Shown piece after piece: positions 10,105-20,523 of a stretch of 64,000 nucleotides of DNA (within the stretch, counting starts at the first letter, position 1; each line of letters opens with the position of its first letter). The translations under genes were made by a program, and so were the position numbers. The stretch spans positions 7,584,001 to 7,648,000 of the forward strand of contig OZ244207.1 of NCBI GenBank assembly GCA_965216875.1, written 5' to 3'. Under the pieces are notes generated by a model that was not told where the DNA came from, made no database searches, and saw nothing but the letters and a program-made list of their open reading frames with translations. The stretch comes from Rubripirellula sp. Lineage in GTDB: Bacteria > Planctomycetota > Planctomycetia > Pirellulales > Pirellulaceae.

Positions 10105-11178
10105 CTAAGTTCGTCGTGAGTGGTCATCGGCATGGCCCCAGCGATCGCCGGTACGCGGCGGCAGGGTCGGGGATGGATCGCTATAGCGCGCCGTTTGCGT
10201 AATCGGCTGAAGGTAGCTCAATCGGTTCATCGCATTGAGTTCCGGTTGAGGACGCGCATGAGTGAATGCTTCAAACGAATCGTGTCGATTGCGTTCGAGG
10301 AAACTGATCATGCCCTCGACGAGGTGCCGTACCGCGTCGGGGCCTTCACGCTGCACTTCCGAAGCGACCATCGCAACGTCGGCGCCAGCCATAATCACCT
10401 GTGCAAATTCACTCGGCGAACTGATCCCGCCGCTGCCGGCCAATGAAATCGCCGGCCCGCCTGATCGCACGCGGATCAGTCCCGAAACGGTGGATGCGAT
10501 GTTCCCGGCCGCGGTGAGTGTCCACTGTGTCGTTGCACGAAGTTCATCGGGTAGCACAACCCAACTTGGATCTCGTCCAAAGACCACGATGCCCGAAATC
10601 CCAGATTCTGCGAGTCGCCATGCAAGGTTCGGCAAACTCGTGTAGTAGGGAAGGAGTTTGATCGATACCGGGATGTTCACGTCGTCGCACACTTCGCGAA
10701 CACAGTCGAGCATTGCAGCTTCGACTTGATCGGCACTCAGCGATGGGCTGGCAAACTCAGTGTGCAGACTCAATTCGATCGCGTCCGCCCCAGAAGATTC
10801 CATGTCACGTGCGAACCGCAACCATCGCCCTCCAGTGAAACCGTCCAAACTCGCGATGATGGGAATCGAGGTGATCCGCTTTAGATCTTCAATCGTCTTG
10901 AGGTATTCGTCGGGACCTCCGTTATACGTGTCTTCTTGAGTTCGGTAGGCAATTCGTTCGGCGGCCACTTCGTCGTCGGTCGGGTCGATGCCATGCTCGA
11001 GATACTGATGCACGATCTGTTCTTCGAACATCGATGGAAGCACGACAGCACCGGCACCGGCGATGGCAAACTCGCGGACCGTTTCGCGGCAGCGCGTCAT
11101 CGGACATGCGCCAACAATCAAGGGTGATCGCAGTCTCAGGCCCATGTAGTTGGCAAAGATTTCAGGAGTCATGATCAA
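10105..11178 (-). CDS. Dihydroorotate dehydrogenase-like FMN TIM-barrel protein (divergent)
   Basis: YMGL.LRSPL, GAGAVVLPSMFEEQI, GADAIEL, PVSIKL, GSGGI, GADV. Confidence 0.8.
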   Translation of the reverse strand: MIMTPEIFANYMGLRLRSPLIVGACPMTRCRETVREFAIAGAGAVVLPSMFEEQIVHQYLEHGIDPTDDEVAAERIAYRTQEDTYNGGPDEYLKTIEDLKRITSIPIIASLDGFTGGRWLRFARDMESSGADAIELSLHTEFASPSLSADQVEAAMLDCVREVCDDVNIPVSIKLLPYYTSLPNLAWRLAESGISGIVVFGRDPSWVVLPDELRATTQWTLTAAGNIASTVSGLIRVRSGGPAISLAGSGGISSPSEFAQVIMAGADVAMVASEVQREGPDAVRHLVEGMISFLERNRHDSFEAFTHARPQPELNAMNRLSYLQPITQTARYSDPSPTLPPRTGDRWGHADDHSRRT

Positions 11179-11225
11179 CGTCTTTTTTGCTTGCTCTTGT
11201 CCTTAGTGAACACTGAGGTTGTTAA

Positions 11226-11241
11226 TGCAACCGCAGTGCCG
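11226..11241 (-). promoter_or_regulatory. Sigma-54 (-24/-12) promoter candidate
   Basis: Minus strand CGGCACTGCGGTTGCA (GG-N10-GC), about 48 bp upstream of the DHOD-like gene. Confidence 0.7.
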
Positions 11242-11336
11242 GTCGGGAGAACCAGCGTCAAAAAAGTTGAAAAAGCGTCAAACGCGAGCGTTTGAAGGTG
11301 TGCTATCGCCGAATCGAAAGTGGAGTCGAAGAAAGG

Positions 11337-11354
11337 GTGTGCCGAGTCGCACAC
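11337..11354. promoter_or_regulatory. Palindrome, candidate activator (enhancer) site
   Basis: GTGTGC-N6-GCACAC perfect inverted repeat about 100 bp upstream of the -24 element. Confidence 0.35.
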
Positions 11355-11397
11355 TCTGCGATTCCACGAGCGCTAAGACGTGTGATCTCCTCTGGCC

Positions 11398-11477
11398 GTG
11401 AGCCGAACGCGCTAGCGTCGGGCGTTCCAAGGACGCGCAGGAGAGTGTAAGGCCCGACGCTAACGCGTTCGGCTCAC
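11398..11477. repeat. REP doublet (REPIN-like), GTGAGCCGAACGCG family
   Basis: 26-bp arms gtgagccgaacgcgctagcgtcgggc ... gcccgacgctaacgcgttcggctcac with 1 mismatch; related copies at about 25145, 25306, 40225 and 55983. Confidence 0.85.
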
Positions 11478-11498
11478 ATGGCGACCACCCGAAGCTCG

Positions 11499-12977
11499 CT
11501 ACGACGAAGAAGCATCCTGTCCCGCTTCGAATCGCTCGAGAAGGCGATAGAGTTTGCGGCGATGGATGCCGAGCACGCGCGCGGCCTTGGCCTTGTTGCC
11601 GTTTTCGCGTCGCAGCACTTCCAAAACGTGAGCTTTGGCGATGTCATCAAGTTTGTCACCGCAAACGGCGCTGGGCGGATCCTCGGTGTCGTGTGCTGTC
11701 TCACTCTCGACCGGACCTGTGGCAGGCGATGAAGAGACGGGCGACGAAGCGGCAGGCGACGAAGCGGTGGGTGTTTCCGACAGCTCGCGGGGCAAGTCAT
11801 CGAGGGTGATTTCGTGATTGTCGGCCAAGATCGTGGCACGCTGCACGACATTGATCAACTCGCGAACATTGCCGGGCCATTTGTATTGATTGAGTGCCGC
11901 CCGCGCGAGCGGATCGATGTGCCAAGGTTCCGGCAGATAGTGATCCACCAACAGGTCAATATCGCCGGGACGCTCACGCAGTGGCGGTAGATCGATCGGC
12001 AGCACGTTCACGCGGTAATAGAGGTCCTCGCGAAACTTGCCTTCCTTGACGTCGTCGGCGAGGTCGCGATTGGAGGCGGCAATGATCCGCACGTTCACGA
12101 TTCGCTCTTTGTGTGAACCGATGCGGCGCATGGAACCATCTTCCAAGACACGCAGCAATTTGGGTTGCAGCGCGAGTGGCAGTTCACCGAGTTCGTCGAT
12201 GAAGAGCGTTCCACCGTCGGCGACTTCAAAGAGTCCCGGTTTTTCTTGAGTCGCCCCGGTGAAGGAACCCTTTTGGTGCCCGAACAGCTCACTTTCGACC
12301 AATTGTTCGGGAAGTGCCGCGCAGTTGATGGTGACGAACGGCATTTTGGCAAGTTGAGATTCCTCTTGGATCGCTTTGGCAACCACTTCCTTGCCCGTGC
12401 CGCTCTCTCCGGCAATCAAGACCGGTTTGTCGGTCGGCGCGACGCGGTGAATCATCTTCACTACTTCCTGCATCGAGCTTGATTGCCCAATCAACTTGAC
12501 AGGGCGATTGACTCGCGAAATGATCGCTTTGAGTTGTTGGTTCTCGCGACGTAGGCGTCCCCGCTCGCGTGCCAATTTGCAGTGATGTTCCAAATCGCCC
12601 AGCGGACACGGTTTGGTCAAGTAATCGCACGCGCCAAGTTTCATCGCGGCAACGGCCGATTCGATCGTCCCTTGGCCGGTCAGGATGATGATTTCCATAT
12701 TGGATTCTGAATCACGAACGCGTTGAAGCAGTTCGATCCCGGACATGCCTGGCATGTTCATGTCGAAGATACCGACATCAAATTCCTGGCGTTCACACAA
12801 ACCAAGTGCCTCGGCACCGCTTGCGGCGGCGGCAACTTTGTAGCCTTTGCGTTCCATCCACCGAGCGCTCGAATCACGAAAGTCTGCGTCGTCTTCGACG
12901 ATCAACAGTGACATTGGCTTGTTCTTCACCGGCTCGGTCCGTTCAGTCATCGGGATGTCTACAGTGGTGCTGGACAC
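11499..12977 (-). CDS. NtrC-family sigma-54-dependent response regulator (REC-AAA+-Fis HTH)
   Basis: REC (EDD, DMNMPG), GESGTGKE, ESELFGH.KGSFTGA, FREDLYYR, WPGNVREL, NKAKAARVLGI..KLYR. Confidence 0.95.
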   Translation of the reverse strand: MSSTTVDIPMTERTEPVKNKPMSLLIVEDDADFRDSSARWMERKGYKVAAAASGAEALGLCERQEFDVGIFDMNMPGMSGIELLQRVRDSESNMEIIILTGQGTIESAVAAMKLGACDYLTKPCPLGDLEHHCKLARERGRLRRENQQLKAIISRVNRPVKLIGQSSSMQEVVKMIHRVAPTDKPVLIAGESGTGKEVVAKAIQEESQLAKMPFVTINCAALPEQLVESELFGHQKGSFTGATQEKPGLFEVADGGTLFIDELGELPLALQPKLLRVLEDGSMRRIGSHKERIVNVRIIAASNRDLADDVKEGKFREDLYYRVNVLPIDLPPLRERPGDIDLLVDHYLPEPWHIDPLARAALNQYKWPGNVRELINVVQRATILADNHEITLDDLPRELSETPTASSPAASSPVSSSPATGPVESETAHDTEDPPSAVCGDKLDDIAKAHVLEVLRRENGNKAKAARVLGIHRRKLYRLLERFEAGQDASSS

Positions 12978-13008
12978 GTTAGATTACTCCATTGACAAGC
13001 GTCAGTCT

Positions 13009-13497
13009 TTATACCTCGATCGCAGCAACATTGGGGTGCAGCTGAGACCAGCGGTGTCCCCTCGATTGCAGACGCCGATATTGTGCTAACAGCCGATTCT
13101 TTCGCGTTGGACAAAAGTCGCTCAAGTGATCAAACAACCGGTGTGATTCGATGGCGTACCGACGCCCTTTTTCGAGCTCGGCCCTCCACTCCGCTCGTTC
13201 GGCGGTTGTCGCGTGCTCGGCCGTGGATAACCTCACAATCGTGCTGATCATTTGATCGTGACGATCGTAGAGTTGCGTTGCGAAGGCTTCGCCCACGTTC
13301 CGTTCGACTTCGGGGTACAGGTATCGCTGTTCAAATTCGATATGCGCGCCACAGGTCTGGTCGACCCGATCTGCACAATGCGATGCGACGTCGAATTCGT
13401 CTCCCCGCAAACTGTCGATCATGGAATCGAAACCCGCGAGCAGTTGGTCATGTCCAAGATCGAACATCGCCTCAAGGGATGGTTCGGAATCGTTCAT
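13009..13497 (-). CDS. Hemerythrin/HHE-domain protein
   Basis: Start 13497 with RBS (AGAGGT); H..., HIEFEQRYLYP, ..H.. pattern; the last ligand motif looks degenerate. Confidence 0.65.
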   Translation of the reverse strand: MNDSEPSLEAMFDLGHDQLLAGFDSMIDSLRGDEFDVASHCADRVDQTCGAHIEFEQRYLYPEVERNVGEAFATQLYDRHDQMISTIVRLSTAEHATTAERAEWRAELEKGRRYAIESHRLFDHLSDFCPTRKNRLLAQYRRLQSRGHRWSQLHPNVAAIEV

Positions 13498-13543
13498 GGT
13501 CTCGGTCACCTCTTGCGTCAGATTCAGCGTGGCGACGAGAGAA

Positions 13544-13559
13544 TGCAAACAGTGTTCCA
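13544..13559 (-). promoter_or_regulatory. Sigma-54 promoter candidate
   Basis: Minus strand TGGAACACTGTTTGCA (GG-N10-GC), 47 bp upstream of the hemerythrin ATG. Confidence 0.65.
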
Positions 13560-13736
13560 GACGCATAGAAGGGGCAAAGATGGCCAGCCCCAATCGGTCG
13601 GCGAGTGCCCTGAATGCCGCAATGGATCGACAATTGAGGGGTTTTTGCGCTATTTGGCCGGGGTGAGCAGATTCGCACACCTGTGCCGTTGCGTCACCCG
13701 AGCGGCGCGGGTTGGAGGACGTTTCTGGTCCGCGAT

Positions 13737-15191
13737 CTACTGGGGCGGAAGGGTCAACGTGATCTGCGCACCCTTGCCCGGCTCGCTTTTCGCTTCCACT
13801 TTGCCGCCGTGGGCATCGACGATCCGTTTGCAGATCGCCATTCCCAAACCGGTTCCCGATTGTTTGGTTGTGTGAAACGGTTCAAAGATGCGGGTGACGG
13901 TTTCGGCATCCATACCGTGACCCGAGTCTTCGATCCGCACGATCAAGCCGCCAGGAATGTCGCGTCCCGTTTTCTCGATCGACACGACAATGTTTGCAGG
14001 GCCATCGGAGGCAGCGATGGCGTTTTCCAGAATATTTCGAAACGCTTGAGACAACCGATGTTCATCGACACGGATGGTGGCAACGCCTGGATCCGATTCG
14101 ATGCCGATTCGATGATCGACACCACGGAAGTCGACTCGCAGGTCATCGAAGACGCGGCGGACGGTGTCGGCCAAACAAACATCGGTGCAGTCAAGAGTGA
14201 TTGGCGCGGCGTAGTTTCGCACCTCTTCGTAGTTACGTTGCAGGTCATTGAGAGAGCGGCGAATCCGACCGGTCAGATCGAGTTGCTCGGTTTGCCCTTC
14301 GAGATCGAGTTCGAGCAAGTCCAAACAGCCGCGCGCACGCTGCAACGCATTGCGGCTCTCATGTGCCAAGCCGGTCACCATTTGCCCGATGGCGGCCAAC
14401 CGTTCCGATTGCACAACTTGCCGCTGCGCGTCCTGCAATTCTGTCGCATCAATCACCAGCCAGATTTCGTGATGGTCATAGCGATAGCCCGCGATCTCGA
14501 GCATGCGACTGACACCATCTTTTCTGCGGATGGGCAGCAGGCAGGTGTTACGAAATCCCTCTTCGCGGGCTTGCCGATAGTGGGCGCGACATTGTTGTTC
14601 TTGTTCACCACAGAGGACTCGGAACCAGTCATCGACGGTTGAGATTTCGTCGCTTCCGTAGCCGGTATAGGCTTCAACGGCTCGATTGGTGAATAGTCTT
14701 CCGTGGTCGACATAGACTGCGCCGGCTGGCAAGTGTTCGACCAGGACCCGCATTCGGCTTTCGCTCTTTCGCAGCTCGCGGCGAACGCGAAAAAGTTCCG
14801 CGAGTGAGCCGAGTCGATTGCGAAGCGTTTCGGGCTCGAGCGGTTTGATCAGGTAGTCGTCGACCCCCTGGCGAATTGCCTCGATCGTGCTGTTCATGTC
14901 GGCGTGCCCCGTGACGATCAAGATCGCCGCATGCGGGGCCCGCTCACGAAGTGTTTCGATCAACTCGTTGCCGTCCATGTCGGGCAATTTGCGATCGAGC
15001 AGAATCGCAAAGAACTCCGCCAAGCCTTGGGTAGCCAACAGCTCTTCGCCGCTGCCGGCGAGTTCGACGTGGTAGCCATCCATTTGCAGCAACCGTCGCA
15101 CGCTTTTTCGCATCGCATCGTCATCGTCAACGACGAGCACGCGAAGCGGTTGGTCGGTCTGTGAGTCAACAACGGACGACGGATTGTTCAA
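13737..15191 (-). CDS. Hybrid REC-PAS-histidine kinase
   Basis: N-terminal REC (VDDD, DRKLPD), PAS/PAC, H-box HESRNAL, DSGHG, GTGLGM. Confidence 0.9.
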   Translation of the reverse strand: MNNPSSVVDSQTDQPLRVLVVDDDDAMRKSVRRLLQMDGYHVELAGSGEELLATQGLAEFFAILLDRKLPDMDGNELIETLRERAPHAAILIVTGHADMNSTIEAIRQGVDDYLIKPLEPETLRNRLGSLAELFRVRRELRKSESRMRVLVEHLPAGAVYVDHGRLFTNRAVEAYTGYGSDEISTVDDWFRVLCGEQEQQCRAHYRQAREEGFRNTCLLPIRRKDGVSRMLEIAGYRYDHHEIWLVIDATELQDAQRQVVQSERLAAIGQMVTGLAHESRNALQRARGCLDLLELDLEGQTEQLDLTGRIRRSLNDLQRNYEEVRNYAAPITLDCTDVCLADTVRRVFDDLRVDFRGVDHRIGIESDPGVATIRVDEHRLSQAFRNILENAIAASDGPANIVVSIEKTGRDIPGGLIVRIEDSGHGMDAETVTRIFEPFHTTKQSGTGLGMAICKRIVDAHGGKVEAKSEPGKGAQITLTLPPQ

Positions 15192-15568
15192 TTCGGATCC
15201 ACCTGGGTGATTTGCCCAATGCGATTGACAAGGCTATCAAGATCGAGCGGCTTCGAAACGACTTCGTGCGCACCAAGTTGGATCGCATCTTGAACAAGCA
15301 CTGCCGAAGAGTACGCCGTCATAAAGATCGCGGCGACTTCTGGGTCGTCTGCGCGAATCCGACGATACGCTTCGACCCCATCGATCCCGGGCATGCGAAC
15401 ATCCATCAGCAACAAGTCGGGCCGGAAACCACGCGCCGATTCGATCGCAGCCAGTCCATCTTCGGCCGTGTCGACGTCGTAGCCTTGCTGGCGGACAACG
15501 CGCGCGAGCGACCGGCGAATTCCTTCGTCGTCGTCGACGATCAACACTCGTTTGGGCGATGGATCCAT
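15188..15568 (-). CDS. Single-domain response regulator (CheY-like)
   Basis: VLIVDDD, DVRMPG.DG, MTAY, KP. Confidence 0.9.
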   Translation of the reverse strand: MDPSPKRVLIVDDDEGIRRSLARVVRQQGYDVDTAEDGLAAIESARGFRPDLLLMDVRMPGIDGVEAYRRIRADDPEVAAIFMTAYSSAVLVQDAIQLGAHEVVSKPLDLDSLVNRIGQITQVDPN

Positions 15569-15629
15569 TAGTCGCTACAACACTTACTGTCGTCCGTTTT
15601 GCTGCGGGTGCTGTTCACTAGGGTAAGCA

Positions 15630-16712
15630 CTATTGTGATTCTGCACAGCGCCGAAGTTTCAATCGAAACTGGGCACCGCCCCCACTTCGGTCGGTCACGA
15701 TGAGCTCGCCTCCATTTTGCTGGGCGTACCGACGCGAAAGGGCCAACCCCAAACCAATACCTGTCGGCTTGGTGGTATAGAGTGGCTCAAACACCCGTTC
15801 CTTTTGTTCAGGCGAAATTCCGGGCCCGTTGTCGGCGACGTCGACCCAAATGTTCTCGGGCTCGACCTCAAGAGTGATTTCGATGCGTCCTTCGTTTTCG
15901 ATTGCCTGGACAGCGTTCCGCACGAGGTTCGCGAGGATGCGACCGATTTGCTCGGGATCCGCATGCACTCGTACGGGAGGAGTGAGTGCGTCGGGAACCC
16001 GCAACTCAATTTGCGGAGGCATCGAGACTTCGCTGACGGCCTCATCAATCACCGTCTGGAGGTCAACGTCACACATGCGGCTTGGCTTCTCTCGAGTGAA
16101 GTCAAGCAGCTCGGCGACGATCCGCTCGGCCTTGCCAACGGCCACGTCAATTTCGTCGATGCACTCGATGCCGTCCTCACCCAGTTGGCTGGCCAACGAT
16201 TTAAGGAAATAGACATCGTTGCGGATCACGCACAGAGGGGTGCGGATCTCATGGGCGACGCCACCTGCAAGTTGCCCCATCAACGCCAAACGCTCGATGG
16301 CCTGGCGCGACTCACGCTCACGCGCGACCCGTCTGCGTTCGGTGGCATCCATGATGTTGGCCAACACAAACATTCCCGATTTTGCATGAAACGGATGCAA
16401 GCTGATGTCGACAGCGACTTGGCTACCATCCTTTCGCTGGCCGAACAGATCACGGCCAGCCGCCATGGACCGGGTTTCCGGATTGCTCATGAATCGGGCC
16501 CGATGCGAAGCGTGATCGCCGTGATGTGCTTCAGGGATCAACATTTCGACTGTCTGGCCGACCATTTCATCGCGGTCGTAGCCAAAAATCTGCTCCGCAG
16601 CGTTGTTGACTCGGACGATGTTGCCTGTTTGATCAGCAATCAACATCCCTGCGGGCGACGCGTCGACCACCAAATCCAAGAAACGCTCGTCAGAAAATAC
16701 AGATTCGTCCAT
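15630..16712 (-). CDS. PAS histidine kinase with FixL-like PAS domain
   Basis: PAS LIPEAHHGDHASHRARF...GRDLFGQRKDGS; H-box HEIRTPL; DNGPG; GIGLGL; start placed at Met 16712. Confidence 0.88.
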   Translation of the reverse strand: MDESVFSDERFLDLVVDASPAGMLIADQTGNIVRVNNAAEQIFGYDRDEMVGQTVEMLIPEAHHGDHASHRARFMSNPETRSMAAGRDLFGQRKDGSQVAVDISLHPFHAKSGMFVLANIMDATERRRVARERESRQAIERLALMGQLAGGVAHEIRTPLCVIRNDVYFLKSLASQLGEDGIECIDEIDVAVGKAERIVAELLDFTREKPSRMCDVDLQTVIDEAVSEVSMPPQIELRVPDALTPPVRVHADPEQIGRILANLVRNAVQAIENEGRIEITLEVEPENIWVDVADNGPGISPEQKERVFEPLYTTKPTGIGLGLALSRRYAQQNGGELIVTDRSGGGAQFRLKLRRCAESQ

Positions 16713-16758
16713 TTCAAGCTGTTGAAAATTACGGGGGCGGGTGACCGCATTGTGACAG

Positions 16759-16774
16759 AGCAACCGCGAGGCCG
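16759..16774 (-). promoter_or_regulatory. Sigma-54 promoter candidate
   Basis: Minus strand CGGCCTCGCGGTTGCT (GG-N10-GC), 47 bp upstream of ATG 16712. Confidence 0.55.
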
Positions 16775-16929
16775 AAATGCTAGCGAATTGTGACGATTCG
16801 GCGAATCTTTCGATTGCTGGGAGGCTCGTGCAATAAAGCCTGCGGAGGAATCCTCAAACCGTTGTACACTGGTCCCCGCACCCGCGAATCGTTGCTACCG
16901 CCGCCTCGAATCAAACAGTTCTCGAACTC

Positions 16930-16945
16930 GGGCACGGTATTCGCT
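16930..16945 (+). promoter_or_regulatory. Sigma-54 promoter candidate
   Basis: GGGCACGGTATTCGCT (GG-N10-GC) upstream of the BON gene, divergent from the 16759 site. Confidence 0.6.
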
Positions 16946-17028
16946 CTTATTTAAGACTTATCACAAGGGTGCACACGTTTTAGGCAACACACCATTTCAT
17001 TCAATCTCACTCACTCGGGGGTGACGCC

Positions 17029-17331
17029 ATGTTGATTGCTAACTCCAAATCGGAATCGAATACAGCGACTCTGGTTTCAGCGGATTGCATGTCGGCCCAA
17101 TCAGCACGTGCTCGTCTTGTGCACGATATTCGATTGTCACTACGACGCAGCGGCCACGCAGAACTGCGCAGTGTCGAAGTCGATGTTGATGGTGATCAAG
17201 TGTTGATGCAAGGTCGTGTGCCGACGTTCTATTTGAAGCAGTTGTCACAGGAACTTGTGCGGACTGTGGCGCCACAGCACAAAATCAACAACAAGCTTGT
17301 GGTTGAATCACACCCTGCCAAACGCAGATAA
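17029..17331 (+). CDS. Single BON-domain protein
   Basis: V.V.VDGD.V.M.GRVPTFYLKQL.QE....INNKLVV; RBS GGGGGTG. Confidence 0.8.
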   Translation: MLIANSKSESNTATLVSADCMSAQSARARLVHDIRLSLRRSGHAELRSVEVDVDGDQVLMQGRVPTFYLKQLSQELVRTVAPQHKINNKLVVESHPAKRR

Positions 17332-17448
17332 GCCGCTTTCGATGCGACATGTCGTCGCACGTTAATTGCAAGTTCTTTTTGCGCGCCCCAGCGCGCACGA
17401 CTTGCTGCCTAGATGCCAGCACAAATGCCTAGTGGCTAAGATGTTGGT

Positions 17449-18156
17449 ATGAATGAGGTGATCTTTTCGGTTTGCGATGTGACCAAGGTCTACCCAATGG
17501 GTGAGATTGAGGTTCATGCGCTGCGCGGCGTGACACTTGATCTGATGGGCGGCGAGTTCACCGTCATGTTGGGCGCCAGTGGCAGCGGCAAGTCAACACT
17601 TCTCAATATCCTTGGCGGTTTGGACGTGCCAACCACCGGCACGGTCCACTACCGCGACACCGAACTGACATCGGCTTCCGAAAGTGAACTCACGCGCTAC
17701 CGGCGACAGTCGGTTGGTTTCGTGTTTCAGTTCTATAACCTCATCCCAAGTCTGACTGCGAAAGAAAACGTCGACTTGGTGACCGAGGTGGCGCGTGATC
17801 CGATGCGCAGTGAAGAGGCACTGGCGTTGGTTGATCTCGCTGATCGCTGCGATCACTTTCCGGCACAACTCTCAGGCGGCGAACAACAACGGGTCGCGAT
17901 TGCGCGAGCGATCGCCAAGCGTCCCGATGTTTTGCTTTGTGATGAACCGACCGGTGCCCTCGATGCCGGAACCGGCATCACCGTCTTGGAAGCGATCACG
18001 CGTATCAACGAGCAATTGGGGACGACCACTGCGGTCATCACTCACAACGCGTCGATTGGTGAGATTGCTGATCGTGTTTTGACACTCCGTGACGGCCGCA
18101 TCGTCGAAGACCACCGGGTTGAGCACAAGCTTTCGATCTCACAATTGCAGTGGTGA
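17449..18156 (+). CDS. ABC exporter ATPase (LolD/MacB type)
   Basis: [41 protein letters not shown]. Confidence 0.95.
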   Translation: MNEVIFSVCDVTKVYPMGEIEVHALRGVTLDLMGGEFTVMLGASGSGKSTLLNILGGLDVPTTGTVHYRDTELTSASESELTRYRRQSVGFVFQFYNLIPSLTAKENVDLVTEVARDPMRSEEALALVDLADRCDHFPAQLSGGEQQRVAIARAIAKRPDVLLCDEPTGALDAGTGITVLEAITRINEQLGTTTAVITHNASIGEIADRVLTLRDGRIVEDHRVEHKLSISQLQW

Positions 18157-18159
18157 TCG

Positions 18160-20523
18160 ATGCGGACCTTGAATCGAAAACTGTTGCGAGAACTCAATGC
18201 GAGTCGAACGCAATCTTTGGCGATCGGTTTGGTCGTCGCGTCGGGCGTGGCCGTTTTTGTGATGGCGGTGGGAACGCTAGGCTTTCTCAGTTCGACCCGC
18301 GATGCCTACTACGATCGTTACCGATTCGGAGACGTTTTTGCCACGCTCAGTCGCGCGCCCAACACGATGGCCGCTCGGATTGAAGCGATCGATGGTGTTG
18401 CTCAAGTTCAAACCCGCATCGTTTCTGACGTGACGCTTGACGTTCCACGATTGCGTGAGCCGGCGGTCGGACGCCTGATCTCGTTGCCGGACAGCGGAGA
18501 ACCGAAACTGAACCTAGTTCACCTCCGCCAAGGGCGCATGCCGGAACCCGATCGGCCGCGAGAAGCCGTTGTGAGTGAGGCTTTCTTTGAAGCCAATCGG
18601 TTGGAAATCGGCGATTCGGTCGATGCGGTGATGAACGGACGTCTCCAGTCACTCGAGATCGTGGGCGTCGTGCTTTCGCCCGAATACGTTTTTCAGATGA
18701 GCGGACGTGACATCTTGCCAGACGACCGCCGGTTTGGCGTTTTCTGGATGCGCAATCTGCAGCTGGAAGCTGCTTTTGACATGGATGGAGCTTTCAATAA
18801 CGTTTCGCTGCGTTTGCGTCGTGGTGCCAAGACTGCCGATGTGATCGACCAGCTTGACCGAATACTCAAGCCCTACGGTGCCGTCGGAGCGATCGAACGC
18901 AAGGATCAGATCTCGGCAAAGTTTCTCAATGACGAAATCCGCCAACTCCGCGCCACCGGGCTCGTTGCGCCGATCATCTTTTTGGGCGTCGCTGCTTTCC
19001 TGTTGAATGTGGTTCTATCGAGACGGATCGGCACGCAGCGTGAAGTGATTGCGACGCTCAAAGCGTTCGGGTATTCACGAGCCGATGTCGCTTGGCACTA
19101 TCTGAAGTCGGCGATCCTGGTCGCTGGTATCGGCGCGGCGGTTGGCTCGGTGGGAGGGCTTTGGCTCGGTAGCGGATTGGCCGAGCTGTACACCGAGTTC
19201 TACCGGTTTCCGACAACGGTCTACCACGTTGATGCTCGAGTCGTCGTGTTGGCGTTTGGAATCAGCGTCGCAGCTGCAACCGTGGGGGCGTATCGAGCTG
19301 TCAGCCAAGCAGCCCGATTGCAACCGGCCGAAGCGATGCGCCCACAAACGCCCCGGACTTTCAAACGCTCACTGATCGAACGCTTGGGGCTGTCGGCATG
19401 GGTGCCCTTGGTGGGACGCATGATCTTTCGTGGTTTCGAACGCCGCCCGATCCACGCAGCACTCTCTTCGCTGGGCATCGGATGTTCGGTCTCGGTGTTG
19501 TTGATGAGTCAGTTTTCGTTTGATGCTATCGATCACTTGATCGCCTTTCAATTCGGAGCGGCGCAGCGACAGGATGTTCAAGTCAACTTTTTTCAAGTCA
19601 CATCGCCCAGTGCGAAATTTGACCTGCAAAACATCCCCGGTGTTCAGGATGTCGAGGTTTTTCGCGCTGTTCCGGTCACCTTCAAGCATGGTCACCACGA
19701 ACATCGGTCGTCGATCATGGGCTTGGCGTCGCGGCGAGACCTGTTTCGATTACTTAACACCGACGCACAGCCGATTCGTATTCCGCCCGATGGCATTGTC
19801 CTGGGCGACAAGCTTGCGGACATCTTGCACATTCAACTTGGCGAGGAACTGACGGTCGAAGTGCTCGAGGGATCGGAGCCGACACTGTCCATTCGTGTCA
19901 CCGGAATTGCAACCGAGTACGCCGGCGCTGGTGCCTACATGGATCGCCGTGCGCTGAATCAATTGATGCGTGAAACGGATGCGATTTCAGGCGCATACCT
20001 TTCGGTCGATAGCCAACAAGCCGACGCGATCTACCAAGATCTCAAGCAAACACCGCGAATCGCGTCGGTCGCGGTCAAGTCCGCGACCGTCGATCAATTT
20101 CGCAAAACGATCGCCGAAAACCAGACGACGATGTTGTCCTTCACCATCTTTTTTGCATCGGTGATTGCGATCGGCGTTGTCTACAACACCGCGCGGATCT
20201 CGCTAGATGAACGAAGTCGCGAGCTGGCGACGTTACGCGTGATCGGTTTTACGCGCCGAGAAGTCTCGATCATCTTGTTGGGTGAGTTGGCGATCATCAC
20301 GCTGGTCGCGATCCCAATCGGATGGGCGATCGGTTACGCCTTTTGCTATTCGATGGCAAAGGGATTCGAATCAGAACTATTTCGTATTCCGATGGTGATC
20401 TACGCGCGAAGCTATGCGCAATCAGGTCTCGTTGTCTGCATTGCCGCCGCATTGAGCGGTCTGTTGGTGCGTCGACGATTGGATCACCTTGATTTGGTCG
20501 AAGTCTTGAAGAGTCGAGAGTGA
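18160..20523 (+). CDS. ABC exporter permease with duplicated MacB/FtsX domains
   Basis: Two halves with [12 protein letters not shown] and [12 protein letters not shown] motifs and large periplasmic loops. Confidence 0.9.
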   Translation: MRTLNRKLLRELNASRTQSLAIGLVVASGVAVFVMAVGTLGFLSSTRDAYYDRYRFGDVFATLSRAPNTMAARIEAIDGVAQVQTRIVSDVTLDVPRLREPAVGRLISLPDSGEPKLNLVHLRQGRMPEPDRPREAVVSEAFFEANRLEIGDSVDAVMNGRLQSLEIVGVVLSPEYVFQMSGRDILPDDRRFGVFWMRNLQLEAAFDMDGAFNNVSLRLRRGAKTADVIDQLDRILKPYGAVGAIERKDQISAKFLNDEIRQLRATGLVAPIIFLGVAAFLLNVVLSRRIGTQREVIATLKAFGYSRADVAWHYLKSAILVAGIGAAVGSVGGLWLGSGLAELYTEFYRFPTTVYHVDARVVVLAFGISVAAATVGAYRAVSQAARLQPAEAMRPQTPRTFKRSLIERLGLSAWVPLVGRMIFRGFERRPIHAALSSLGIGCSVSVLLMSQFSFDAIDHLIAFQFGAAQRQDVQVNFFQVTSPSAKFDLQNIPGVQDVEVFRAVPVTFKHGHHEHRSSIMGLASRRDLFRLLNTDAQPIRIPPDGIVLGDKLADILHIQLGEELTVEVLEGSEPTLSIRVTGIATEYAGAGAYMDRRALNQLMRETDAISGAYLSVDSQQADAIYQDLKQTPRIASVAVKSATVDQFRKTIAENQTTMLSFTIFFASVIAIGVVYNTARISLDERSRELATLRVIGFTRREVSIILLGELAIITLVAIPIGWAIGYAFCYSMAKGFESELFRIPMVIYARSYAQSGLVVCIAAALSGLLVRRRLDHLDLVEVLKSRE

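Noticed and set aside
13683..16793. Long plus-strand ORFs (319 and 358 aa) opposite the kinases
   Set aside because: Antisense shadows, as are 3742-4590, 28685-29701, 43291-44250 and 46952-48046
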